The notes under the pieces were generated by a model. The model did no database searches. It saw only the letters and a program-made list of their open reading frames with translations, and was not told the DNA's origin. A stretch of DNA of 52,713 nucleotides, from positions 1 through 52,713 of the forward strand of contig CAYMPY010000001.1 of NCBI GenBank assembly GCA_964392535.1. The letters are read 5' to 3'. The stretch is from an uncultured Oscillospiraceae bacterium. Its GTDB lineage: Bacteria > Bacillota > Clostridia > Oscillospirales > Oscillospiraceae. Below are positions 18,427 through 27,452 of the stretch, piece after piece (position 1 is the first letter of the stretch; each line of letters starts with the position of its first letter). The position numbers were made by a program, and so were the translations under genes.

Positions 18427-19291
18427 ATTCTACTGTAACCGACCAGGTGGCGGTGTGTTCTTGACCGGGGGCGAGGGCGATCAGGTCGCTGCGGCAGGAC
18501 AAATCTTCCATCGCATCCTGTCTGCCGGGTAGGGAGCTCCAAGGCTCTAAGCATACATAGGGGGCATCGGTTTGGGGACGGTGCCAGATGCCGAAATAGG
18601 GGAAATCTGCAAAGTCCATGGTGATGCTGCGGCCCTTTGGACCACGGAGGGTCACCTGTCGGGCGGTGTTTTGCAGAATAATGGCATCGTTATCGAAAAG
18701 CTTGTGGCTTAGTGGGATCTCTCTGCCGTTTTTCAGAGGGTAGGGGGTGTTTTGTCCGCTGAGCAGTACCTGCTGCGTAAAGCCCACCCGGTCCGGGAGG
18801 CAAGGGGCGGAAAACGCCAGCGTGTAGTCCTCAAAAGCTTCGCCCTCTGTAAGGGGCACACGGAAGCCGGGGTGACCGCCGAGACCAAAGTACATGGTCG
18901 TTTCACCTATGTTGCGGACACTGTGGCGGACATGGAGGGCAGCACCCTCCAAAGCATAGGTAACCGTCAGGATAAAAGGGAAGGGGTAACACTTTAAGGT
19001 TTCTTCGCTGCTGTGAAGCTCCATAGTCACGGCGTTTTCGCTGACCCGGGCGGTAAATTCCATTTTGGATGCAAAGCCGTGGGTGGGCAAGTTGTATTCT
19101 GTTCCCTGGAAGGTATATTTTCCACCGTAAAGCCGGGCAATAAAGGGAAACAGCAGGGGACTGCGGTCCTTCCAATAGGCTTCGTCCCCTGGCCACAGAT
19201 ATTCACAATTCTCTGTACGGATGCTCATAAGCTGGGCACCCAGGGTGTCTATGGATACCTGCAAATATTGATTTTGAATGGTTATTTCCAT
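18425..19291 (-). CDS. Aldose 1-epimerase family protein (LacX-like)
   Basis: GAQLMSI...EYLWPGD...SPLLFP, HGFA, GGHPGF and YVCLEPW motifs. Confidence 0.92.
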   Translation of the reverse strand: MEITIQNQYLQVSIDTLGAQLMSIRTENCEYLWPGDEAYWKDRSPLLFPFIARLYGGKYTFQGTEYNLPTHGFASKMEFTARVSENAVTMELHSSEETLKCYPFPFILTVTYALEGAALHVRHSVRNIGETTMYFGLGGHPGFRVPLTEGEAFEDYTLAFSAPCLPDRVGFTQQVLLSGQNTPYPLKNGREIPLSHKLFDNDAIILQNTARQVTLRGPKGRSITMDFADFPYFGIWHRPQTDAPYVCLEPWSSLPGRQDAMEDLSCRSDLIALAPGQEHTATWSVTVE

Positions 19292-19292
19292 G

Positions 19293-20378
19293 TTATTTTT
19301 CCTCTAAATAATGTGAAAATACGATGCTGCAGGCACTTTGAAGCCGGGTGTAGCGTCCGCTCAGTGCCGGCATAAGCTTGGGTGCTGTGCCACTAAGACA
19401 GCGGCCCTGCAGCCGTTGTTCCACCAAGGGCAGCAGGCGGTCACTGAACTGCAGCATTTTACCGTCCAGCAGCACCGCGCCGAGGGGGATCATGTTGGCG
19501 CAGTTGCCGATGGCGGTAGCCAAATACTCGGCCTGCATGGAAAGAACCTGCGCCGCCTGGGGGGAGGCCATCAGTGCTTCCCAGCTGTCGTAGGGATATT
19601 GTTTTAAAATGCTACCTATGGATGCGTAGGCCTCTAAACAGCCACGGTTGCCGCAGCTGCACACCGGGCCGTCATGGCATATGGAGGTGTGACCCAACTC
19701 GCAAAACCGCAAAAGCTTCCCCTGGCTGATCACACCGCTGCCTACGCCGCCGCCCATGTACAGCAGCAGAAAATCGTCTTTTTCCGGAAAATCGCCGTTG
19801 CGGCGGTTATACAGGGCAGCCGCATTGGCATCCTTTTCCAGGTATGCCGGGAGATCCAGGGCTTCGCTTAACCATGCTCCGATGGGACAGTTACTCCAAA
19901 GCGGAAAATCCGGGGGATTAAGAATAATGCCCTTTGCGCTGTCCACCGGGCCGGGGGCAGAGATGCCGATGCCCAGTATTTTTTCTTTGGGAGTTTTTGC
20001 AATGATTTTGGTAATTGCGGCAATAAGACCCTCCGGGGTCTGCTCCGCCACCTGCTTTTGACAAATGACATTGCCCTTTAAATCCTCCATGCCCACCCAT
20101 GCGCCGGAACGGCTCAGGCTCACACCGACGGCAAACAGCGCACCGCTGCACAGCTCCAAGTTGGTGGGGGTACGGCCCGGGCCTGTGGTCTGCATGGACT
20201 TTTCAGAGGGACAGATCAGCCCCTCGGCAATCAGCTCTTCCGTAATCAGAGAGATGGCCGCTCTGGTCAGACCCATTTGCCGGGACAATTCTGCCCGGGA
20301 CAGGGGAGACCGCTGCAGCAATGACAGTACCCTCCGCCGATTATATTGCTTTGTATAAGCAGAGTTTTTTCCTTCCAC
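19293..20378 (-). CDS. ROK-family transcriptional repressor
   Basis: N-terminal HTH (LSRAELSRQMGLTRAAIS), GISAPGP, EKDANAAA and ELGH...CSCGNRGCLEAY zinc motif. Confidence 0.93.
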   Translation of the reverse strand: MEGKNSAYTKQYNRRRVLSLLQRSPLSRAELSRQMGLTRAAISLITEELIAEGLICPSEKSMQTTGPGRTPTNLELCSGALFAVGVSLSRSGAWVGMEDLKGNVICQKQVAEQTPEGLIAAITKIIAKTPKEKILGIGISAPGPVDSAKGIILNPPDFPLWSNCPIGAWLSEALDLPAYLEKDANAAALYNRRNGDFPEKDDFLLLYMGGGVGSGVISQGKLLRFCELGHTSICHDGPVCSCGNRGCLEAYASIGSILKQYPYDSWEALMASPQAAQVLSMQAEYLATAIGNCANMIPLGAVLLDGKMLQFSDRLLPLVEQRLQGRCLSGTAPKLMPALSGRYTRLQSACSIVFSHYLEEK

Positions 20379-20395
20379 AGGCCATCCTCCTTCTC

Positions 20396-20586
20396 GTAGG
20401 GGGCGGCGCCCACGCCAATGTCACGAAGTTTAGAAAACGCTGTCATTTCGACCAAGCGAAGCGCGTGGAGAAATCTATCTGTTATGATATTCGAAAACGG
20501 ATAGATCCCTCGACTTCGCTCGGGATGACAACGTTTCTTAACAGCTTAAAGCTTAACTAAGTGACATTGACGCCCACGACGCCCCG
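20396..20586. mobile_element. Nested repeat: MITE-like unit (20416-20569) carrying a GTCAT-REP doublet, inserted in a GTAG REP
   Basis: Imperfect 18-bp TIRs caatgtcacgaagtttag / cttaactaagtgacattg; 8/10 direct repeat gcgcccacgc / acgcccacga; flanks rejoin to a gtaggggg...cgcccacgacgccccg REP. Confidence 0.75.
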
Positions 20587-20595
20587 GACATATAA

Positions 20596-20670
20596 ATTAT
20601 ACCATTTGTTAAATCGCTTGTCAATTATTTTGTTAAACGGATTGACAAAATAAATAATGCGTGGTATACT
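20596..20670. promoter_or_regulatory. Back-to-back sigma-A promoters with two ROK/XylR-like operators
   Basis: Plus strand: TTGACA(20642)-17-TGnTATACT(20665). Minus strand: TTGACA(20624)-17-TATAAT(20601). Imperfect palindromes tttgttaaatcgcttgtcaat (20605) and ttttgttaaacggattgacaaaa (20628) overlap the -35 boxes. Confidence 0.75.
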
Positions 20671-20705
20671 CAAAAAAGTGAAAATTAGCAGAAAGGACGT
20701 TATTT

Positions 20706-23700
20706 ATGGAATTTACACAATCTGCGCTTTTAACAGAAAAAATGGTTGTGCTCAAGGGCATGATTTACAGCAAAAAGCTGACGATTCCAGTTTGGAGAAC
20801 CAGGACGGCCAAATATACTGTACCGGTTGAATACACGGATTATTCCCAGTGGAGTGAAATAACGCTTGGTACAAGCTGGGTCTGTCACTATGACGATGCC
20901 CGGTGGTTTGAGGCTTCTGTCACCGTACCGGAGGATTTTGCCGGACGTCATGTGGTGCTGGAGCTGAATTTGGGCGGCGAGGGCATGGTAAGTATCAACG
21001 GGGAGCCGATGGGTTCTTTGGCGTTTTACCATAAGCTGGATTGCTACGGACCCAATCATATGCTGCGCCACCGCACCCGTATTGAGCTGGGTAGGGTGGA
21101 GGCCGGGCAGGTCCTGAATATCAGCGCTCAGATGAACATGAACTATAAGGACCACTATAAGCAAAACCGTTATATTAAGTACGACGGCACAGTGAACACC
21201 ACCTATTGCCTTGCATCTGCGGCACTGTGTGTGGTGGATGATGAGCTGGAAGCCTATTATTTTGATGCTGCCAATGTTCTGGATGCGGCACAGCTGCTGG
21301 AATCGCCGGCTGATACACTGAAAAACCATGTGCAAACCAGATTTCTGAAGCAGAATTACGAATCGGTTCTGATGTCCATGAGCCGGGACGGTGTGCTGGC
21401 ATCCCGTTTGTACAGGGCACTGCTGCAGTCTATGAACGAGATCCTGTTCTACGGTGACGATGAAAAAATGCGTCAGAGTATTGGCCGGGCTTCAACGGTG
21501 CTGAAGCAGGAAATGGAGAAGCTACCGGCTGCGGAGCGTGGCTATGTGTATATTTCGGGCCTTGCCCATTTAGATATCGTATGGCTGTGGCAGGAGAAGC
21601 ACTCTGTCCGCAAGACTGCCAATACCATCGCCAATACCATTGCGTTGGCTGATCGGTATCCGGAGTATGTGTTTACCTTCTCTCAGCCCTATGCATTCCA
21701 GTGGCTGGAGCAGTACTATCCGGAGCTGTTTAAGAAGCTGCAGGAAAAGGTGGCTTCCGGAAACATTGATCCTGTGGGCAATCTTTGGGTAGAGGTGGAC
21801 TGCAATCTGGCAGGCGGTGAGAGCATTATCCGTCAGCTGCTGTACGGCAGAGCTTATTTTATGGAGAAGTTCGGAAAGTGCTCCGATGTATTCCTGATGC
21901 CGGACTCCTTTGGCTATAATGCGGCACTGCCCCAGATCATGGCCAAAAGTGGAATCAAGTATTTTCTTTCCGCAAAGCTCCATTCCAATGAAACTTATCG
22001 GTTCCCCTATACGCTGTTTAACTGGCAGGGCCTGGACGGAACCCGTGTGCTGACCTACCTGATGCGTAATGCCTACAGCAGCGAGATCGACAGCCTGTTT
22101 TTGGATAATACCTACCATCGGCAGGAATGTAACGCCTTAACGGACTTAAGCTACATGACCTTCGGTTTTGGTGATGGCGGCGGCGGCCCGGATTACGTCA
22201 TGCTGGAAAATGCCCGTCGGCTCAATAATATGCCCGGTATTCCCAAAGCCAAGATGGCGACCCTGGATCAGTTTTTTGAGGAGGTCTCTGACCTGCAGCC
22301 AGAGTTGCCTGTGTGGAATGACGAATTGTATTTTGACCGGCATCGTGGCACCTACACCACCCAGGCTAAGGTCAAGAAAAATAACCGTGCTGCCGAGCTG
22401 GCACTGAGAAGAACGGAAATGGCCGCATCCCTCCGCAGCATCTGCCTGGGTAAGGAATATCCCGCCCGGGAGCTGGAGGAGCTGTGGAAGAGTATGCTCC
22501 ATCTGCAGTTCCACGATAGCCTGCCCGGTTCCTCTATAACGCCTGTTATTGAGGACACCCTTAATGAGTATGAGGTCTTCTTCCAAAAGCAGCAGGCACT
22601 GTTTGACGAGATCCTGCAGGACCTGAACAATGGTGCTGCTCACGGTGGTGCAAAGCAGGTGACCTGGAACTTCCTGCCCTGGGCCCGAAATTGTACAGTG
22701 GATGGAAAAGCACTGACTATTCCTTCTATGGGTTGGGCAACCGAGGCTGTGGAGGCAGCTGCATTACAGGCTGATACACAGCATTTGGAAAACCGGTTCT
22801 TCTGCCTGGAGCTGGATGAGCAAGGTCGGCTGATCAGCCTCTTTGACAAGTCCCTGGGAAGACAGGTGCTGAAGGCGCCCAGCAATATTTTGCAGCTGTT
22901 TGAAGACCCGGCCAAGGATCGGCTCAGCGCCTGGGATATCCACCCGGAGTATATGAATAAGGCAGAGGATCTGGTTTGCGACAGTGTGCAGCTGCTGCCT
23001 CAGACGGAAACCCAGGCCGGTGTGCGCCTGACTTGGCATTTCGGCAAGAGCACCGTTACCCAGGATCTGCTGATCTATTCCGATATTGCCCGTATTGACT
23101 TTGTGACCCATGCAGATTGGCAGGAGGATATGCGGATGCTTAAGGCGGCCTTCTATCCCAATATCCGCAGCTCCCGTGCGGCCTATGAGATCCAGTTCGG
23201 CGCAATTGAACGACCCACCCACCGCAATACGGAATACGATGCTATTCGCTTTGAGGGTTGCGGTCATAAGTGGGCAGATCTTTCTCAGTCGGATATGGGT
23301 CTGAGTATCTTAAACGATTGTAAATACGGCTATGATATTCTCGATGACCGGATGCGGATCACCCTGCTGCGTTCTCCCATTGAGCCGGACTACAAGGCAG
23401 ACCGCGGGGAACATGATTTTGTGTATTCCCTCTATCCCCATGCAGGCTCCTGGGATAACGGCGGCACTGTGCGTGCAGGCTTTGAACTCAACGAGCCGGT
23501 CCATACGGCTTCGGCGCAGCAGGCAGGACAGGCTGTTCCCCAAAGCTTCCTGTCTGTGGACCACGAGTCTGTTATTTTGGACACCTTTAAGCGTGCCGAG
23601 GACGGAAACGGCTATATTCTGCGCTTCTATGAGTCCTGCGGTAAGGGCGGTACAGCTTCCGTCCGCTTTGCACGCGCCATCAGTAAGCTCTATAGCTGTG

Positions 23701-23813
23701 ACATGATGGAGCAGGGAGATGCAGAGGAACACTTTGAAGGCAATACCTTCCGGTTTGAGACCACGCCTTTCTGTATTCACACTTATCGTATTTGTTTTTC
23801 GGAGGAGAACTAA
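20706..23813 (+). CDS. Glycoside hydrolase family 38 (alpha-mannosidase-like)
   Basis: AHLDIVWLW (Zn HxD), LMPDSFGY (nucleophile Asp), FGFGDGGGGP, ELYFDRHRGTYT, QFHDSLPGS and YEIQFG motifs. Confidence 0.93.
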   Translation: MEFTQSALLTEKMVVLKGMIYSKKLTIPVWRTRTAKYTVPVEYTDYSQWSEITLGTSWVCHYDDARWFEASVTVPEDFAGRHVVLELNLGGEGMVSINGEPMGSLAFYHKLDCYGPNHMLRHRTRIELGRVEAGQVLNISAQMNMNYKDHYKQNRYIKYDGTVNTTYCLASAALCVVDDELEAYYFDAANVLDAAQLLESPADTLKNHVQTRFLKQNYESVLMSMSRDGVLASRLYRALLQSMNEILFYGDDEKMRQSIGRASTVLKQEMEKLPAAERGYVYISGLAHLDIVWLWQEKHSVRKTANTIANTIALADRYPEYVFTFSQPYAFQWLEQYYPELFKKLQEKVASGNIDPVGNLWVEVDCNLAGGESIIRQLLYGRAYFMEKFGKCSDVFLMPDSFGYNAALPQIMAKSGIKYFLSAKLHSNETYRFPYTLFNWQGLDGTRVLTYLMRNAYSSEIDSLFLDNTYHRQECNALTDLSYMTFGFGDGGGGPDYVMLENARRLNNMPGIPKAKMATLDQFFEEVSDLQPELPVWNDELYFDRHRGTYTTQAKVKKNNRAAELALRRTEMAASLRSICLGKEYPARELEELWKSMLHLQFHDSLPGSSITPVIEDTLNEYEVFFQKQQALFDEILQDLNNGAAHGGAKQVTWNFLPWARNCTVDGKALTIPSMGWATEAVEAAALQADTQHLENRFFCLELDEQGRLISLFDKSLGRQVLKAPSNILQLFEDPAKDRLSAWDIHPEYMNKAEDLVCDSVQLLPQTETQAGVRLTWHFGKSTVTQDLLIYSDIARIDFVTHADWQEDMRMLKAAFYPNIRSSRAAYEIQFGAIERPTHRNTEYDAIRFEGCGHKWADLSQSDMGLSILNDCKYGYDILDDRMRITLLRSPIEPDYKADRGEHDFVYSLYPHAGSWDNGGTVRAGFELNEPVHTASAQQAGQAVPQSFLSVDHESVILDTFKRAEDGNGYILRFYESCGKGGTASVRFARAISKLYSCDMMEQGDAEEHFEGNTFRFETTPFCIHTYRICFSEEN

Positions 23814-23815
23814 AG

Positions 23816-25540
23816 ATGTACCAAAAAGTTGAAGCAGTGGTACTGGATTTTGACGGCACGATCTCTACCCTGCGCCACGGTTGGGAGCAGGTTATGGAGC
23901 CCATGATGGTGGAGATGATCTGCGGAAAAACAGAGCCCACTGATCAGCTGCGCCGGGAGGTGGCAGCCTATATTGACGAGTCTACCGGTATTCAGACCAT
24001 CCATCAGATGAAGTGGCTGGCAAAGACCGCCTGCGAAAAGGGCTTAAACCCCGAAGCGACGGAAGACCCCTGGTATTATAAGGCCGAGTATAACCGCAGG
24101 CTCATGGAGCAGGTCCAGCAGCGGCTGGATCGGCTGGAAAGCGGTATAGATAAGCCGGAGCAATATTTAATGAAAGGCAGCCTGGAATTTGTAAAGACCC
24201 TGTATGACCAGGGTGTAAAGCTCTATGTTGCCAGCGGCACGGACCACGCCGATGTGGTCAAGGAGGCCACGGCTCTGGGTGTTGCAAAGTATTTTACCAC
24301 CATTTCCGGCGCACAGCCGGGCAGTGAGGGCTGCTCCAAGGAGGCCATTATTGAAAGCCTTCTTAAGGGTCTGCCCGGTGACAGCCTGGCGGTGATCGGT
24401 GACGGCAAGGTGGAGATCCGGCTGGGCCGGGAGGCCGGTGCCCGCACCGTCGGTATTGCCAGTGACGAGGATAAGCTCTGCGGCATCAATCCTGTGAAAA
24501 AGCAGCGGCTGGAAAACGCCGGTGCGGATATGATCGTGGGTGACTATGAGGCTTCCGGCCCCATCTATACCTTCTTAGGTTTGCGTACCGGCCTCCGGTT
24601 AAGCTTTGAAAACATCCGTACTTACGATGCCTCTGACCGCATCAATCTGGTTCGTATTGATAACCTGAAGCGGCCCGGTGTATACGAAGCCGAGCCCTGG
24701 GGTGACGAGGATTTTAAAGAGCTGACAGACCGTATTAAGCTGGCAAAGGCCGGCGGTCGGCAGATCATCTTCTCCATGGGTGCCCATGTGATCAAGTGCG
24801 GCCTGTCTCCCTATCTGATCAGCCTCATGAAGGCAGGCTACATCACCCACCTCTCCGGCAACGGTGCCTGCAGCATCCACGATTTTGAGCTTGCTTATTT
24901 GGGTGGCACCTCCGAGGATGTGCCCACCGCCATTGAGGACGGCTCTTTTGGTATGTGGGAGCAGACCGGCCGCTGGATCAATGAGGCACTGCAAAAGGGT
25001 GCAGTGGAGGGCTGGGGCTACGGCGAATCTCTGGCCCGGTACATCCACGAAAACCCGGAGAAATTCCCCTATAAGGACGACTGTGTGCTCTATCAGGCAT
25101 GGCTTCTGAATATTCCGGCTACCTATCATATCGCCTTGGGTACAGATATTATTCACCAGCATCCCCTTGTTGATTTTGCCGCCATCGGCAAGTGCAGCGG
25201 CACGGACTTTAAGAAGATGTGCTGGTCTGTTGCCCACATGGACAAGGGCGTTTATATGAATTTCGGTTCCGGCGTTATTGGCCCGGAGGTGTTTTTGAAG
25301 GCCCTGTCCATTTCCCGGAACCTGGGCTATCCCACCTACGAGATCACTACCGCCAACTTTGACCTGATCGATTTGGGCAATTATCGCACGAAGATCGGCT
25401 ATGACGATCCGCTGTACTACTACCGTCCCCGGAAGAATATTGTCAACCGTCCCGTCAGCTGTGGCGGCAAGGGCTGGCACTTCCGCGGTGACCATCAGCA
25501 GACCATTCCTGCACTGCATAAGCTGCTTGTGGAGGCGTAA
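23816..25540 (+). CDS. Fusion of an N-terminal HAD hydrolase and a C-terminal deoxyhypusine-synthase-like (GSU2086-type) domain
   Basis: HAD motifs LDFDGT, ASGT, K and IGDG; from ~aa 265 MGAHVIKCGLSP...NGACSIHDFELA...TSEDV...GTDIIH...GSGVIGPEVFLKA...YRP; GGAGG RBS before ATG 23816. Confidence 0.8.
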   Translation: MYQKVEAVVLDFDGTISTLRHGWEQVMEPMMVEMICGKTEPTDQLRREVAAYIDESTGIQTIHQMKWLAKTACEKGLNPEATEDPWYYKAEYNRRLMEQVQQRLDRLESGIDKPEQYLMKGSLEFVKTLYDQGVKLYVASGTDHADVVKEATALGVAKYFTTISGAQPGSEGCSKEAIIESLLKGLPGDSLAVIGDGKVEIRLGREAGARTVGIASDEDKLCGINPVKKQRLENAGADMIVGDYEASGPIYTFLGLRTGLRLSFENIRTYDASDRINLVRIDNLKRPGVYEAEPWGDEDFKELTDRIKLAKAGGRQIIFSMGAHVIKCGLSPYLISLMKAGYITHLSGNGACSIHDFELAYLGGTSEDVPTAIEDGSFGMWEQTGRWINEALQKGAVEGWGYGESLARYIHENPEKFPYKDDCVLYQAWLLNIPATYHIALGTDIIHQHPLVDFAAIGKCSGTDFKKMCWSVAHMDKGVYMNFGSGVIGPEVFLKALSISRNLGYPTYEITTANFDLIDLGNYRTKIGYDDPLYYYRPRKNIVNRPVSCGGKGWHFRGDHQQTIPALHKLLVEA

Positions 25541-25542
25541 TC

Positions 25543-26532
25543 GTGACCAAAAGTGAACTGAAAGAGCTGTTAAAGCGGGTACACCGTGGCCGTGTGGGCC
25601 TCATTGGTGATCTGTGCCTGGATATGTACTGGGTGGCTGATATGAAAAAAAGTCTGCTGTCCAGGGAAACGCCTCACTTCCCACTGCCTGTGGTGGAGGA
25701 GCGGTACGCACCCGGCGGCGCAGGTAACGTGGCCTGTAATATGGCTGCCTTAAAGCCCGGAAAGCTGCAGGTTTTGGGCGTTGTAGGCAAGGATTGGCGG
25801 GGCCGGCTGCTGCTGCAAGCACTACAGGAGCAGGGCGTTTGCACAGACCATATTTTAACCGCTGCCGACCGGGTCACCAATACCTACATAAAGCCCCTGC
25901 GGCAGGGTATCTCCGATGTGGTCTACGAGGACCCCCGGCTGGATTTTGAGAATTATTCGCCCCTTAACCGGGAGACGGAAATGGATCTGCTGGAGGCTTT
26001 GGAGCAGGCAGCTGCAGAGGTAGATGTGCTGTGCGTTTCCGATCAGATGGAGTATGGCTGCATTACCCCCAGGATCCGCCGCTATCTCTGCGCCCTGGGC
26101 AAGCAGGGATTGCCGGTATTAGTAGACAGCCGCAGCCGTGGCGGGGAGTACACGGGTGTGATTTTGAAGCCTAACGAGGTGGAGGCTGCCGCTGTTTTGG
26201 GCGAGGAAATTGAAACAGTGGAGGATGCCCACGAGCTTTGCAAAGCGTTGTCCCGCAAGACCCATGCCGATGCGGTGATCACCTTGGGCGGCAGAGGCAG
26301 TGTGCTCAGCATAGCCGGAAATACCATCCACTGTCCCGCTTATCCTGTGGAGCCACCTCTGGATTTTTGTGGCGCAGGCGATACCTTCCTCAGTGGCTTG
26401 GGCGTGTTTTTAGCCGCAGGCGCATCCTTGCAGCAAGCCGCCGAGGCCGCAACCCTCTGCTCCGCCGTCACCGTGAAAAAGCTTCACACCACAGGAACGG
26501 CCTGTTCACAGGAAATTTTAGCACTGCTGTAA
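25543..26532 (+). CDS. PfkB-family sugar kinase, HldE/RfaE domain-I-like
   Basis: IGDLCLDMYW...LSRETP...PV...PGGAGNVA...GVVGKD, ILKPN and DFCGAGDTF (anion hole). Confidence 0.88.
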   Translation: MTKSELKELLKRVHRGRVGLIGDLCLDMYWVADMKKSLLSRETPHFPLPVVEERYAPGGAGNVACNMAALKPGKLQVLGVVGKDWRGRLLLQALQEQGVCTDHILTAADRVTNTYIKPLRQGISDVVYEDPRLDFENYSPLNRETEMDLLEALEQAAAEVDVLCVSDQMEYGCITPRIRRYLCALGKQGLPVLVDSRSRGGEYTGVILKPNEVEAAAVLGEEIETVEDAHELCKALSRKTHADAVITLGGRGSVLSIAGNTIHCPAYPVEPPLDFCGAGDTFLSGLGVFLAAGASLQQAAEAATLCSAVTVKKLHTTGTACSQEILALL

Positions 26533-26586
26533 GATTAAATGGAAAATTGATAATTTTCCATTTTCAATTATCAATTCATGAAAATT

Positions 26587-26611
26587 GGGAGAGCCGAAGC
26601 TCTCCCTTTTT
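26587..26611. terminator. Intrinsic terminator preceded by heptamer repeats
   Basis: gggagagc-cgaa-gctctccc + T-run; upstream ttccatt/ttcaatt/atcaatt heptamers. Confidence 0.7.
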
Positions 26612-26617
26612 GTTTAA

Positions 26618-26749
26618 TTAGCAGCAGCCGCAGTTATGGTCGCAGCCGTTGTTGGTAGTGTTGTAGCCGTTGTTGCCGCAGCCGCAGAACAGGATCAGAA
26701 GGATGATGATCCAGCACAGGTTACCGCCACAGAAGTTATTGTTACACAT
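26618..26749 (-). CDS. 43-aa Cys/Gly/Asn-rich small membrane protein (clostridial spore-associated type)
   Basis: GGAGGT RBS; MCNNNFCGGNLCWIIILLILFCGCGNNGYNTTNNGCDHNCGCC. Confidence 0.75.
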   Translation of the reverse strand: MCNNNFCGGNLCWIIILLILFCGCGNNGYNTTNNGCDHNCGCC

Positions 26750-26775
26750 AATGAATACCTCCGAAATTTGATTAG

Positions 26776-26933
26776 TAACCACTGATGAATTCATCTTCGG
26801 TTGACAACGGATCTTCTGCCCCAACTCTTCAGTTTGAAAAACTTGAAATACACAAAGTATTCCTAAGTTTTCCAAACTTTGATTTGTGTCAGAATCTCTC
26901 GCTGTCAATACTTGATTCATTCATCAGCGGTTA
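26776..26933 (-). mobile_element. ~158-bp MITE-like element, copy 2
   Basis: TIR (g)taaccactgatgaat / attcatcagcggtta(c) with one mismatch; reverse complement of 15206-15361. Confidence 0.78.
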
Positions 26934-26986
26934 CTTTCTAAGCAGCTTTGCTGCTCATTCCAAGATATTCCGGAGGCAGAAAAAGG

Positions 26987-27336
26987 TTACAGCTGACGAA
27001 GCACGTCCACCAGTGCTGTCTTGGAGGCAGTCTTTTCGTCCTTCATCTTAATGATCTTTGCAGGGCAGCCGGCTCAATGCGGGCGGGGATATTTTTATAT
27101 CCAGCATGGGTATGGCGGAGTTGCGGCAGTTGTTCTCAATTTCTACATGGGCAAATTCGTTATTGTCCAGTACAGGTGCGATATTCTTCCAATCGCCGAA
27201 CACGATCTTCTGACCGTTTCCGCAATCTAAAACCTGACAGCCGGGGAATTCCATCGGGGTCTTTTCCCAAACATAGACCTTCGCCGGGTTTTTTTTCACT
27301 TGTACGAATATATTCAATAATTTCCTGAGCGTTCAT
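26987..27336 (-). pseudogene. dapH: Tetrahydrodipicolinate N-acetyltransferase pseudogene
   Basis: MNAQEIIEYIRTSEKK / frameshift / PAKVYVWE...IVFGDWK...IENNCRNSAIPMLDIK / frameshift / NIPARIEP / deletion / GCPAKIIKMKDEKTASKTALVDVLRQL*; the hexapeptide core is missing. Confidence 0.85.
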
Positions 27337-27452
27337 AATGCGCCTCCCAAGTTTTTATACGGTATCATTTTATAGCAGAAATTACAAGCAGGAAATTGAC
27401 ACCGCCGGGAAAATCCAGTATAATTACATTATCGATCAAGGGAGGCGATCCT

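Noticed and set aside
23816..26532. ADP-heptose biosynthesis (LPS or S-layer glycan) operon
   Set aside because: No gmhA, nucleotidyltransferase, hldD or glycosyltransferase; linkage to a glycosidase and ROK repressor points to catabolism
26618..26920. 100-aa ORF as listed in the track
   Set aside because: The N-terminal 57 aa are read through the MITE-like element; the real start is the RBS-preceded ATG at 26749
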